Source: Ramazzottius varieornatus (lineage: Eukaryota; Animalia; Tardigrada). From it: a stretch of DNA of 64,000 nt. How positions within the stretch are numbered: position 1 is the stretch's first letter; every line of letters starts with the position of its first letter. The DNA lies in assembly GCA_001949185.1 (NCBI GenBank), contig BDGG01000010.1, positions 163,337 to 227,336 of the forward strand, written 5' to 3'. A program made the translations under genes and the position numbers. The notes beneath the pieces were generated by a model, which was not told where the DNA came from, ran no database searches, and saw nothing but the letters and a program-made list of their open reading frames with translations. This document shows, piece by piece, positions 12,475 through 23,870 of this stretch.

Positions 12475-14553
12475 TGTAAGCTATGATTTCGTTATGTTGG
12501 CCCAGACTCCAAGGACGCATACAGCACGATATAATAGGTATGTTCCTAATGGAGACTTGGGTCAAATATTACCCACACAATGAAAGGAACGGCATTGCAT
12601 CACTCAATCCGGAAGAAACCGCGAAACTTTGCCGGTCGTGCCGTCTCCAGCAAAATTCACGATCTCACGATAGTCCGTGTTATCGGACAGAGACGGTACT
12701 CTAGAGTATCATGACATTGCATGTACAGTTAGCGTGCGCCGATCGCAGAAGTTAGGATCGATGTCTTCGGCTCGGTCACATCGACGTGTAACTTACGACT
12801 GGATTTATATACAAGTATGTCGAAGGTCAATCTTCGAAAACATTGGAGATAAGAGATGAGACAATTTACCAACGGATGGGAGAGTAATAATAACGTCGGC
12901 CTGGCTGTATCCATTGGAAAAAAATCATAGACGCAGAAATCGAAAACTATCTCTGGGGATGCAGCAGGCTGTGGATTACAATAGATGATAACAGAAATCA
13001 TATCAACACTGGCCGTACTTTCATCAGCTAGTGATTAGAGGAATAGCCTTTATCGGAACCCAGGGTGCTGATCCCAATAAGCTCCCTATACGTTCTCAAG
13101 GTTAGGATATTCACTCGTTGGTTAATCGTGAAGCAATGCGATGGAAAACCCCACTGAACGCCAAAGACAAGCGAACGCGGTTTGGCAAGAAAGATATCGC
13201 ATGTCGACACTGTTTGCTTCCGCTCAGATTCACTTCTATCACCATACGCAAAAAGGAGAGCACCGTGGCCCATGCATGAGATAGGCCGCGGAATCGCTAT
13301 TGCGTGGCTTATCAACAGAGGAGAACACAAACACCAGTTGACAGTTTATATACTGCGTAATACGTAGCTGTTTGGGCTTCGGTCGAAGAATTTGTGGGGA
13401 AGACGTTAGAGAGTATTTGAATTGCCACTTCAACATGGACCAAAGCAGCTCGTACTGAAGGCGTGGACCGCAATGGGATGCTGGTAATTAGTTTCCGTAA
13501 CGTGATCCTCGAGGCAGATAACTACTACTTTCACCAGTGACTTTTTACGATTTGCCAAGTATTGATAGACTGCTGAGGAACCAACGGTGGTGCAAGTTTA
13601 ACGTGCACGATCAAACAGCAAGCGATGACGTGAATTACAGGCGCTTTGCAAACGAAGTCACATGCCACAGAGTCATTTCGTTCATCAGGAGACAATTAAA
13701 GTGGTCTTCCGATTCCAGAACATTGATCTTAGGAGGACGGTCGTTTTGAATTAAAATCTTCTTCGTGATTGAATGACAGATTCGTTTGCCTTCTGACCCT
13801 CCCAGCCCCTTTATCGCATCATATGAGATGAGCAAGAAAAACAGAGTAGAAAGCAGGGAGGGTGGACGCATCCCTCCCGCTGGCGTTAGAAAATTCTAAT
13901 GTGGCAAACAGCAGGGGAACGGCAATCTTAAGCCTGACGCCGCGGCTCTAGCAGTGTCCGTGTCCTGCACCCATTGAGCCGTTACTTGGGCAAACCTGGA
14001 TTTGCGTAATCTAACTAACCCGACCCTACCGCGAGCCGAAAGTCAGATGATGGCACCAACTTTTTCTCTATATTTGCTATAGTGAAGCTTCAGGGCTGGG
14101 CGGACGGCAAAACTCCAAGCGGATAGCGAGCGGATAATTAACGAAATTTTTTCGAGAAAGACCTGGTTATCGCTTACCGGCGAACCAGCAGTTGAAATTT
14201 CATATGGTTACGTTTCAGATCGACCAACTACAGTCTAGGCAAATAGCTACTCTGAAAGTGGGGTGGCAGCTATGGGCGTACCATAGTACTAAGTACCCAT
14301 AAATAACATTCAGCGGCAATTCGTTTACTATATTACTTGATGAAAATTGACTTCCACAGCTGAGTACTGTCCGTCGAGCTGGGATAGATAGATGTCCAGG
14401 AAGAAAGCTTTCAGAACAACATGAACGTTTTGCCGAGTGTTACGTAACCTGTTGAAGCGAGGCTAGGTGCAGCGTTTTGTGTGTTCTCAAACACCTATTC
14501 GTGCGTGCGATAACTCTTTTTTGATGCGGCGGGATTTGCAACAGTACGCCCAC

Positions 14554-14976
14554 TCAAGCTGCCCGAGAGAAGGGACCATCGTCTTTGAGGAGCGGGAGCG
14601 GAGAACGAGACGTTGAACACCGTTGCCTGAAAAATTTTTTTCCATGAGCCGCGGGCTGGCGCAGGATTGGTGTCATGAAGTATTTCTTGTGTCGTCGGGG
14701 ACCGTCCTGGTGGAACGAGCTATGCTGCTGCCTGTCCACCGCTTCAGATGGCTCAAGGCCGACGCCGGGGTTGCCCGCGAACAGCCTTTGCCAACGAAGA
14801 TTAGGGTAGCCAGCTTTATCCGGCTGTGCTACTAACACAACGCCGCCATGCGCTCGATCGACCACGGTGCCCGGAGCAAGACGTTGGACAGTCATGAGGT
14901 CAGAAGGGAAGTGGGCTCCGTCGACTAGTAGGCTTCCTGCCAGGGTCCACACCACCAACCCACAATACAAAGCCAT
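14554..14976 (-). CDS. Secreted peptide-precursor-like protein 1 (~140 aa, single coding exon, unrecognised family)
   Basis: ATG at 14976 with signal-like N-terminus MALYCGLVVWTLAGSLLVDG. Basic site RRHKK, then YFMTPILRQPAAH-G-KK (amidation signal). Homologous to the ORF at 48407-48844. TATAAAAA on the minus strand at ~15084-15091. Confidence 0.7.
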   Translation of the reverse strand: MALYCGLVVWTLAGSLLVDGAHFPSDLMTVQRLAPGTVVDRAHGGVVLVAQPDKAGYPNLRWQRLFAGNPGVGLEPSEAVDRQQHSSFHQDGPRRHKKYFMTPILRQPAAHGKKFFRQRCSTSRSPLPLLKDDGPFSRAA

Positions 14977-17230
14977 CGCTGGTCGCGGATTTGGAAGTGT
15001 CAACAAAGGTAGCGAGACCGCTGAACAAAGGTGTGAGTCTGGGGAAAAAAAACAAATGGATATTCCGGGAAGGGTAAATCCTGTTTTTATACTAAGCATG
15101 GTCCATGTTCCAGAGGGTGCAGAGGGATAGTGGGTTTACGTTTCTTGGAGCCTCACAGATCCGGAGCTATTCCGGCATAAGAATATGACCATGCTTCAGG
15201 GTTCACAATCAGGGTTGGTCAGCTTTTAATTACGTATCTTGCATCGCTCCCCCTGTGATAAGCGGTCTGTTTAAATCGAAATTTGAGACCACTGCTCTCA
15301 TGATCGCTCACCGAGTGCCGTAAGAAGGTGCCACGTCACCTGATAACTGGAGATTTGTTGCCGCTAGTTCCGGTTTGAATGACGAGTTTGGTTCCTTTGA
15401 TAGTGATAACGTCTCAAGTTGAGAACCCCTGTAGCACAACGTGGACTGTCTGGGCTGTTCGAACGCGGAACAGAATTTTACTCTCAGAAGAAGTACACAT
15501 TTTCCACCCAGTTCCCCCGGATCTAAAAAAACCTTTTATTAAACATCAGATAGGCTGAACATTCGATGGAAAGAAGCACAGAAAACGCTTTTTTCAGCCT
15601 GTCAAGAAGAGCTTTTTCTGTGTCCGAAAATAGGCAGTTGGAACACGGATTAATATTTATTCAGTGTCAGAAAAGCTATAACATAGCTATCCCTTCGAAA
15701 AAAAATCTGCATAATTTTGGCGCTAATTCTGCTGTGCTTCCTAGCTAAAGGAAAGGTAAAGAACCTGATTTCTGGAGGGAAATTTAATTTCATCGAAACT
15801 TTTCCAAAATCACGAAACCAGAGTGATACACGTGCCGAAGCTGTTTGCCATGCCAGGCTTTGTAGCATTGGATGGCATGGCACAATCACGCGGAGAGTTG
15901 GGTTTGGCATGCTATGGGGTTCTTTTACCAGTGGAGAAAGCAGCAAGTATGTTCTGGCTAGTGTTCAGCATGGCTCTTAGTGAACTGACGCAGCTTTGAC
16001 TTTTCTTCCCACTCTGTCAAGCAACTTTCTGCCGGATCCGTTGTTCCGTTTAAAATGTTAGATTTTGAGGGCTATCTTTTTACTCAAAGGAAAAAACATG
16101 TGCGGCCATTGCAAGCCGGTAGAATAATTAATACAGTAGTAAAGTTAATTGCGTGTTACAAACTGTACTCGAATAACACTTAAGATCACGATCCTACACA
16201 CACTGTCTGATATGGCATACTTCCACCAAACCAATCAGACATCTATTCGGACAGGTTATAATTCCCAGCTTCTCCTAAACATAAAATTCTGGTTGGCACA
16301 GACCTGTTAAGGAGCTATTAACAGGGGTGTGCTGTATGACGCAATGTTCGCGCGTTTTCACGAACAACTTTTTCTTCCTGTGTGTCTGTTTGCGGAACCA
16401 ACCTCGATCTTCTTCCCTTCCTGTCAGCTTATGGTAAGACTGCTAACTGGATTTGTCGTGATTGCATACAGTAAGTACACCAGCTTTTTATTTGCAGATT
16501 ATCCTGAACGTCTTCGCTCTGGACAAGTACATCACCACCGTCTGCAGCTGCTGTCTGAAAGTCCATCACCGCGACTCGTCCCTGCCTTTTCCGTCTTCTT
16601 TCAATTAATCACAGATCTACAAGTGCCTTCGCAGTGACACAGGTGTGTAGCTAATCCATTTTACGTGTTCGTAGTACATGAACGTATATAGAAATCAGTG
16701 TTATTCTACTAATGGAAATAGATAATTGAAAGTAGCCGAAAACTGGGACTTTCAAATTTTACTATGATAATTGAGATTATGAAATCGAGACGACGAATTT
16801 TACTATATAGTAAAATTACAGTAAAATTAGACCCACAAGTCAATAGTAAAATAGGTAATTAAAATTCGTACTTGCAGCAATTGAAATAATTAAAATTTGG
16901 AGGAGCTGGGCTTCGAATTTTAATTATGACAGGATGCCCAGCAAATCCACAGTGAATTGTACCACGAAAATCCCTTAGTAAATATTATCCCGGACGAGAG
17001 CTGGTTAATCAGTACAAGAGATGGATACGGAGCGCTGATTCTAAATTTCAGCTTCAGTTAAATTGACGTACTCGATTACTCAATCTCATACCGTGAATTT
17101 GGTGAATTGATTATTCGACTTGATTTAAATATAGTGATATCTGTTAGACTCGCAGTTAGCTCTTCTTTTCCTACCGTTCGTACTTCAATTGGTATTCTCG
17201 GTTCTTGGCCATATAATTTTAGCATCAGCC

Positions 17231-19794
17231 ATGACCAAACCCACGAAAAATAGTCAGAAGCGAAAAAGTCAGACAGGGCCAAGCTCGACCAAGCCGAAGA
17301 AGCAGGCTATAAACGAGAGGAGGACTCAGCCTGGGACGACGGTGGACTTGACCGGACCGGCGGAAAATTCTCCCCCTTCGCCTTCTACAACTACCGCGAG
17401 CGACACAGGTGTTGGAGAATCAACTGTCAAGAAGAAGAAGTCAGGAGCAGAAAGGCCGAAAGATTGACCGATATGGACCTTTTTCAGACATGATGAGTTG
17501 GAGGATAAGTCGGTCTGTCTCGTGGAAGCATGCTCGGCCAAGCTTAAAGGAATGAATACAGGAAACAATCGGCTTCATCTGATGAAGCACCCAGTGGCAA
17601 ACAAGGAGTTTCTAGCGATGTGTGAAGCAGAAAGCTCAGAAGGAGCCGAAGGGCGGCGAAAAACATCGCCAGCCGACGTTGGCAGAGATGGCCCAAGCAA
17701 GAAAACCATACAGCAAGGAGAATCCAAGGCGAGCGCATTGTTCAAATCCGAATCTTTATACATGAATAAGCTTACCGGTCTTTACACTTGCGGGTATGAC
17801 AGCATCCTGAAAAAAGTTGGCCTTTACGTTCTGCGATCACCGTCATGATTCTCGATGACGTCGAAGATGATAGCTTCAAGGATCTGATTTACCATTGGGA
17901 CCCCAGTAACCAAAACCCACGTCGAAGCTCGTACGTGCATCTATGGATTCTATCGAACGACAGCTTGGTCAAAATATCAAAGATTTATTGAAGAATGCAG
18001 GAAGAATCTGCTTTACAACCGGTATGAAACAGTTTCACTGTCCACGTTGGAATTCCAACTGTTGGACCTCCAACATGTCGTTTTCCAGATATTTGGACGA
18101 AAAAGGGGATGACCGAAGCGTTCCTTGGAGTCGCAGCACACTTTGCAGACAAGAAGACCCATGTAAGGCACCACCTCTATCTGAGCTGTGTCTCATTTCC
18201 GCCCCCACATAAAGCCAAGAATGTGTACGAACTCTTCAAACTGGAGAAATGGGGTATCAATCCAGAAAAAGCATCAGTCGTCATGACGGACAACGCATCC
18301 AACATGATTGCAGCCTTCAAGCTGTACGATAAGAAGTTAGTAGAATGTGTTACGGAAGAAGACGAGTTGCAGGTGATAGAAGAAGCGATGGTCTAGCGTA
18401 TGCTGAATAAGGAGGAACCACTGGAAGACGACGAGGAAGTTGATGAGATGGTGGCAGGGTTTGATGCTTCCGAGTTGGAAGCTTCAAACCTTTTCACCGA
18501 GTACTCCCGATATCCGTGCTTCTTGATCACTCTACAGCTCGTGGTCAAGTTCGAGAAGAGTCCGCCGATCAAGGATGTCATGGTGAAAGTTCGCGCGATT
18601 GTGAATAGCTTCGGCCATTCTCACACCGCCGTCGCTGCACTTATGGCGCGGACTGGCGGTCTGAAGCTCATCTCAGACAACGCGACACGATTGTCCAGCA
18701 CTCTTCTGATGGCGGAAAGAATGGTCAAAATTCAGGCTGCTGTAGAAACGATAATCATGGTTGACAAACTAGTCAAAGTACCTAACTTATCTCAAGGTGA
18801 ATGGCTTGTGCTGAAAGGAATTGTCAAGTTCCTTGGCAAGTTCAAGCTGGTAAGTAAAAATCGCAAATTGTTGGATTTCCAACAGTTGGAAATCCAACGG
18901 AAACATGCTGTACTTTTCAGATTACGGTTCGAATGCAAGCTGAAAAGGAAAGCACCATCCATAAAATCATACCGCATCTGAAAGACATTCTGGCTCATCT
19001 ATCCCATATGAAGACTTTGGCTGAAGAGTTGGACCTAGGCTCCTATGGAATTGAGGATCCCTTTTCTCCGCTGATTAGAAGTATATAATTCTCGATAACG
19101 AATCGAAACAGCACTATCTAATCCTTTCTACGCAGACATGCAAGTCGACATAGTGGTACGCTTCGGTGTATGGTTGAACCCTGAACACTTAACGTTCGAT
19201 CCCATCATGATGGTAGAAACTCTGTTACATCCAGCGCTACGCCGACTTCTGACGGAGAAGGAGCAAACCATTGCAATGAAAGGTGTTCTGCAGTACGATG
19301 AAAAGTGGAATTCGACTGTCAACGATGATTCTTCTGGTTCCACGAATACAGGTGACTAAACTCTCTTTGGAGTTCCAAACGTTGGAATTTCAACTCATCG
19401 TCTTTGTTTCTAGATCACGATCAACCTCAGTCCAAGGTCGTCGGTAACGACGTCGAGTTTTCGTACCTTACGGAACTTCTGGCGCGTGCTCCAGTGAATA
19501 CTACAGCAGAACAACAGTAGTTGCCTATAGAACGTCAGTTAAACTCTTACATGGTCTCAGCAACTGCTGCCGCCTTCCCACAGAAGGGCGAACCAAGCAA
19601 GTTCTGGTTACAACACAACTGAGTATCCTGAGCTGAGTGCTTTCGCTTTGGATGTTCTGGCAATACAATGCTCTTTGGCGCCATCGAAAAGACTGTTTTC
19701 GACAGCAGGTGATGCTACAGCCGGTAAAAAGAATCGACTTGGCGGTGAAAGATTGGAACAGAAAGTTTTTGTTAGACGAAATGCTAAATATTAA
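17231..19794 (+). pseudogene. hAT transposase (BED zinc finger, DDE core, C-terminal dimerisation domain), intron-containing, inactivated
   Basis: BED finger W.FF...C....C...T.N..HL..H. Catalytic CFTT|DIWT across intron 18022-18088. VMTDNASNM, PCF..TLQL, and C-terminal YPELSAFALDVLAIQ...RLFS.AG. Several stops and frameshifts. Confidence 0.88.
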
Positions 19795-20333
19795 TGTTGC
19801 TGAAAGATGTTGGATCTCCAACTGTTGGAATTCCAACTACTACTAATTATTACTGTACAATGAACTATCGCATCCTGTGTTATTCCATCGCACCAATGTT
19901 ACTTTTCTACTTCGCTTTTTTGATTTACCGTTGTAATTATTAAGAAAAGAAAGACCGTCAAAAATACTGCACCAACAGTGACACCAAAGAGCCATAAGTG
20001 CTACAGGAAAAACTGAAAGGACGTACACTGCAGGACATGCTTTTGTCCGGTCGTCAACAAGACAGAGTTATGGACCATCTAACAATCAAACATGGAAACC
20101 AAAAGCCAAGGGGCATAAGACTTGACTTGTTCCGTGGCAACATCTCTACCGTACTAACCGACCGGACAGAATCGCTTCCCGTACTGTAACTAAACCAGTA
20201 GAGAAACTCTAAACGAGATCTTCACCACGAAACATGGCGCAGTAGTCAGAAGTTCGCTGCTCGAAATCTAAGTCTTCTTGTTTACAATCGAGAACACGAC
20301 GACAAATGACCAAGCTTCACTTGTCTCCCATAC

Positions 20334-20930
20334 CTTCGTGAGAAGTAGTTTTCAACTTTTCACTCTTCGCCAGTGGATCATTCGATACCGTTTCAGGCTT
20401 TTCATCCTCGTAGTTCAACTCTGAAAGACAGGAAAAAAAAGGTATTATTGACGTCAAGAGCTACGCCTAATTGCAGTGCAAAACTGATGGTAACGCATGA
20501 CGTCACAATATAAACTATAATACATTCGATACAGGTCTTGATCCAGACTCTACATAAGACTTACGAATAGTCTTCAAAGCGTCAGGAGTGATCGTCAGGC
20601 TCTTCGAGCTTCCCATGGCGTCCTTCAAGAGAGCGGACACAGTGGACATCTCTGCTTTGCCTGCAAAGAAGCGAAGAAACATACAGCACGACAACATAGC
20701 AGGACTTACAGTATGATTTGCCAATGGTTTTCCAAATTGTACAGTCTCGTACGAGTTTACTGTTACTTTTGTAACTCATGTCAAACGGAAACCAGCAAAA
20801 CCACGTTTGCTGTAGATTCGAGCTTCAATCTGTAATATCCCACACTCTTTAAATAATCACCCAGCTTCTCCACCACGACAGAACAACGGCATGCGGTGTG
20901 CGGTCAGATTCTTGAGATGGCGAAGAGACC
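20334..20930 (-). other. Putative spliced passenger gene inside hAT1, antisense/convergent to the transposase
   Basis: Phase-1 GT-AG introns at 20709-20661 and 20564-20421 join open exons: ...TWFCWFPFDMSYKSNSKLVRDCTIWKTIGKSY|CKAEMSTVSALLKDAMGSSKSLTITPDALKTI|QLNYEDEKPETVSNDPLAKSEKLKTTSHE. A further donor lies at 20333. Confidence 0.55.
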
Positions 20931-21551
20931 TACAGCTCGCGCTACCAACACCTGAAGAATCCAACTTCCTTTGGGATGATCAAACTGTTTTCCGATTCCT
21001 TGTTCCGTAATAACCAAAGGAAAGCCCTTGCAAACAAAAGAGATAGTAGGAAGAAAAGCTGGAGAGTGGTGCGAGAACGGCGTGGAGACACGAGAGAATA
21101 CAGACAGAAAATTTTGATGGACATGTGGAATGACATACTATCTGAACAAGATGACATAACAACGGATACATACTTTTACTAACTGTAAAAGACATTAAAA
21201 TTCCAAAACCATTAATAGAATAACATTGACAGAAATCTTTCCGTTTTCACACATGCAAGTGCTATAACCCACCGAGGCTGCGTGCGACGTTACAAGTCAC
21301 GTGTGCAACATACGTGACTACCGCACGTGACCTAGACGTCATGCGTGCGTTTGGGAAACATATACAGGATATGCGCACCAGTGCATGCACATAGAGTTGC
21401 GCACGGGTGGAGCTTTACTTAGCAAGTATTTGCACATATTGGGCAACCAATCAGCACTGGTTACGCAAAAGCGGCGCGTTTTGAGTGACTGCGCCAACCA
21501 TCCAGACGTTACTTGTAATAATTCATTAATATCACTTTCTTCTGTTTTCAG

Positions 21552-22245
21552 GCTATACGTTCCAGAAAATGCCATTCATAGTGTCATTGCTACCGGCGTC
21601 CAATATGATTTTCTTCAACTCGGGACAACGAAGAAAGGTATGTACACGGTGGAACGCATCGAGAATCCTTTCGATCCAAAAGACACGGAGTTTGAACATC
21701 AGACCATCGGAAAGGGCGGTTACTTAGAAGAGGTCCGCCGAACAGAAAACGGAAGCAGCAATTGTTCTCTCTTGTGGGGCGGAGACTCAAGGGTGAAATC
21801 GTGTGCCGCTTATTTCGGGAGCGTCAAAGGCTCTGCAGTTTTTTTCAGTTCTTGGTCAGGTGCCAGAGTGGTGGATGTTCTTGCATTGACGCAAATGATG
21901 CTTGGAATGAAGATCGGTACCAGGGGAGTGGTTCTGACTTTCGGAATTAATGATGTGCTGACTGCTTTTAAGAACGGAAGATTCCATGACCCTTCGGAGC
22001 GGTAAAGCGTCATCGCTGAACTTCTCGAGCCTTTCACCCTTTTCTTGGAGGCACCTGGTAGTAGATCTCGCTTCCTTTTGTTATTTGTGACGGAAGTAAT
22101 CAAGATCAACAAGAACTACAGGATCAACGGAGCCCCCGTCGAACCCCATGACCTTGAGTATATCAACAGTATCATCGATATGTATAACAGAAGGCTTCAG
22201 CGGTGTATGGAGTTGCACGAAGGCGATTACATCGGTTTGAAACAT
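21552..22245 (+). pseudogene. SGNH/GDSL-hydrolase-like domain, one in-frame stop, C-terminally truncated
   Basis: Block I LLWGGDSRVK, block II SWSGARV, block III VVLTFGINDV, then IIDMYNRRL. The stop at 22003-22005 is followed by a same-frame continuation. No DxxH block seen. Confidence 0.65.
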
Positions 22246-22246
22246 C

Positions 22247-23870
22247 CTGGGAGTTTCACATAAGATTGAATCTGTGACGTACGTAGTCGATGCTTTTTGC
22301 CGATACGTTTCTTGAGTAAACTCCAGTAATTTTCTAGGGAACAGTTGATCAAATTGTCTCACTCCTTCTCCGTATCTGAAGGCAGTAAAATCTACCACAT
22401 GTGGGACGCACCCCATCTTCTAAAGCGCACGCGGAATAACCTGATTGTTGGCAAGCCACTGGGAAATCCGTTGAAGGTACACACTAATGTGGTTCAGGGC
22501 TTACTGTCATAAAGCCAGTTGTTCTGACAGTTTCTTGATTCTGAAACCCGGGAAGCGATGCAAGACCAATATGGATTCCTGTGTGCCTCGCCTCGGTTCT
22601 TCCTAAATGAGTAGAACGACGTCCCAAGAAGACATGGCCTGTCTCCAGCCCCAAAAATGAACCGAAATTGCCTCGAGTTCAACAACTTTGAGAAGCAGAA
22701 CGTTCGAAGAGCTGGACTGTGGTTGAGCGTATCGACTGCTGTCGCCATGTTTGTTCTGGAAAACTCCGATGTGTACGGAACTGCCAGAGGCGCAGCAGCA
22801 CGCGCTTTTTGTCTCTTCTTCAACAACTTGAACGATCGTCAAAGCTCCGTGTCCGTAGAGAATCACTACCAAAACCGTCGAGCAGTGACGCAGGTCAACG
22901 GACAGCTAAAGGTCAATTTCAAAATTTCACGCAGCTCTAAAACATGTAGCATGATCGTATGACTTGCAGGAGTCTCAGACTAACTTCCTCGAAGAATACG
23001 TCAATAAAATCTCCAAAGATGAACGCTTACCGGACCTGGTTCTCGTGCAGTGGATGATGAACATCAAAAGTCACTTGTCCATCTCGCAGAATCTTTTCTC
23101 TGAAGAATTTGACCATTATGCTACTCAGACAATGAACCAGGGTACGCTTGAGGTATGCTCAGTAACAGACGTGCACACGTGAACCTAAGTAACACAGTGT
23201 TTTTGTGGCGGTTTTTCTCTTGAGCTCGATCAATGCTTGGAGAAAGGCTGAACAATCCTGACAGCGCAAAAACGGCGGCGATCATCCGAACACTTTCGAT
23301 GACCAGTATCGCCAAGATTCAGACCCAAAAGGCGCTAACATTGAAGAGCAAGAGCACATCACCTTCGTCAGCTATCTGGACATTCTGAAGGAAAGGCGCA
23401 AGCAGAGAGTAAAGAGCTTCCCGGAGGAGGAGTACGAATGGACCGAAGAGCCAGTCCGCAAAGAAGATTTGGACGAAGTCGATCTTGCTTGCGTCTACCA
23501 CCATCTAGGGGCTCCGTCCATCCAGAAACAGCTGAACTGTTTCACTTGTGCCGAATGTCGACCAGCGTACTTTCATACTCGGCAGGCGGATGGTGACATC
23601 TCCATCCCCGTCGACCTTCTTCGACCTTCTCGGATCACGTACCTCAAAGACAGTGGAAACCTGTTTTACGGTACCGAGGAGTTGTACGAGCATTTCATTA
23701 AACTGGAAAGTATATTTCGACAGCACGTCGACAAAAGTATCCAGTTCAAGAATCCGAGGAAGATCTACTGAAGATCTTGGAGCTCCCAGCGTACAATGTG
23801 GCCGAAGAAACCTCTTTAGCTTTTAAACTTCTGTTGCGAGATACGAGATGTACTTGTAACGCGTATTTGT
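22247..23870 (+). pseudogene. P-element/THAP9-type transposase relic (5' part missing)
   Basis: WDAPHLLKRTRNNL (P-family DxxH motif) at ~22402-22443, NFEKQNVRRA, FCLFFNNLND, TQTMNQGTLE...FFS..RS..G...NNP, and C-terminal CxxC plus GNLFYGT. Frameshifts and stops throughout. TIRs not found. Confidence 0.8.

Larger units (their letters stand above)
16696..21228 (+). mobile_element. Full-length degenerate hAT DNA transposon 1 (~4.5 kb)
   Basis: 20-bp TIRs cagtgttattctactaatgg / ccattaatagaataacattg (2 mismatches). 8-bp TSD atagaaat / acagaaat. AT-rich subterminal gtaaaatt repeats at 16745-16870. Confidence 0.9.

Noticed and set aside
14554-14976. Precursors as canonical TRH/EFLamide orthologs
   Set aside because: No repeated QHPG- or EFLG-type units; a single unrelated core peptide per precursor.
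18046-19837. Recurring 29-bp palindromic units as a CRISPR-like array
   Set aside because: Spacing is hundreds of bp and irregular, the units lie within a eukaryotic transposase gene, and there are no cas genes.
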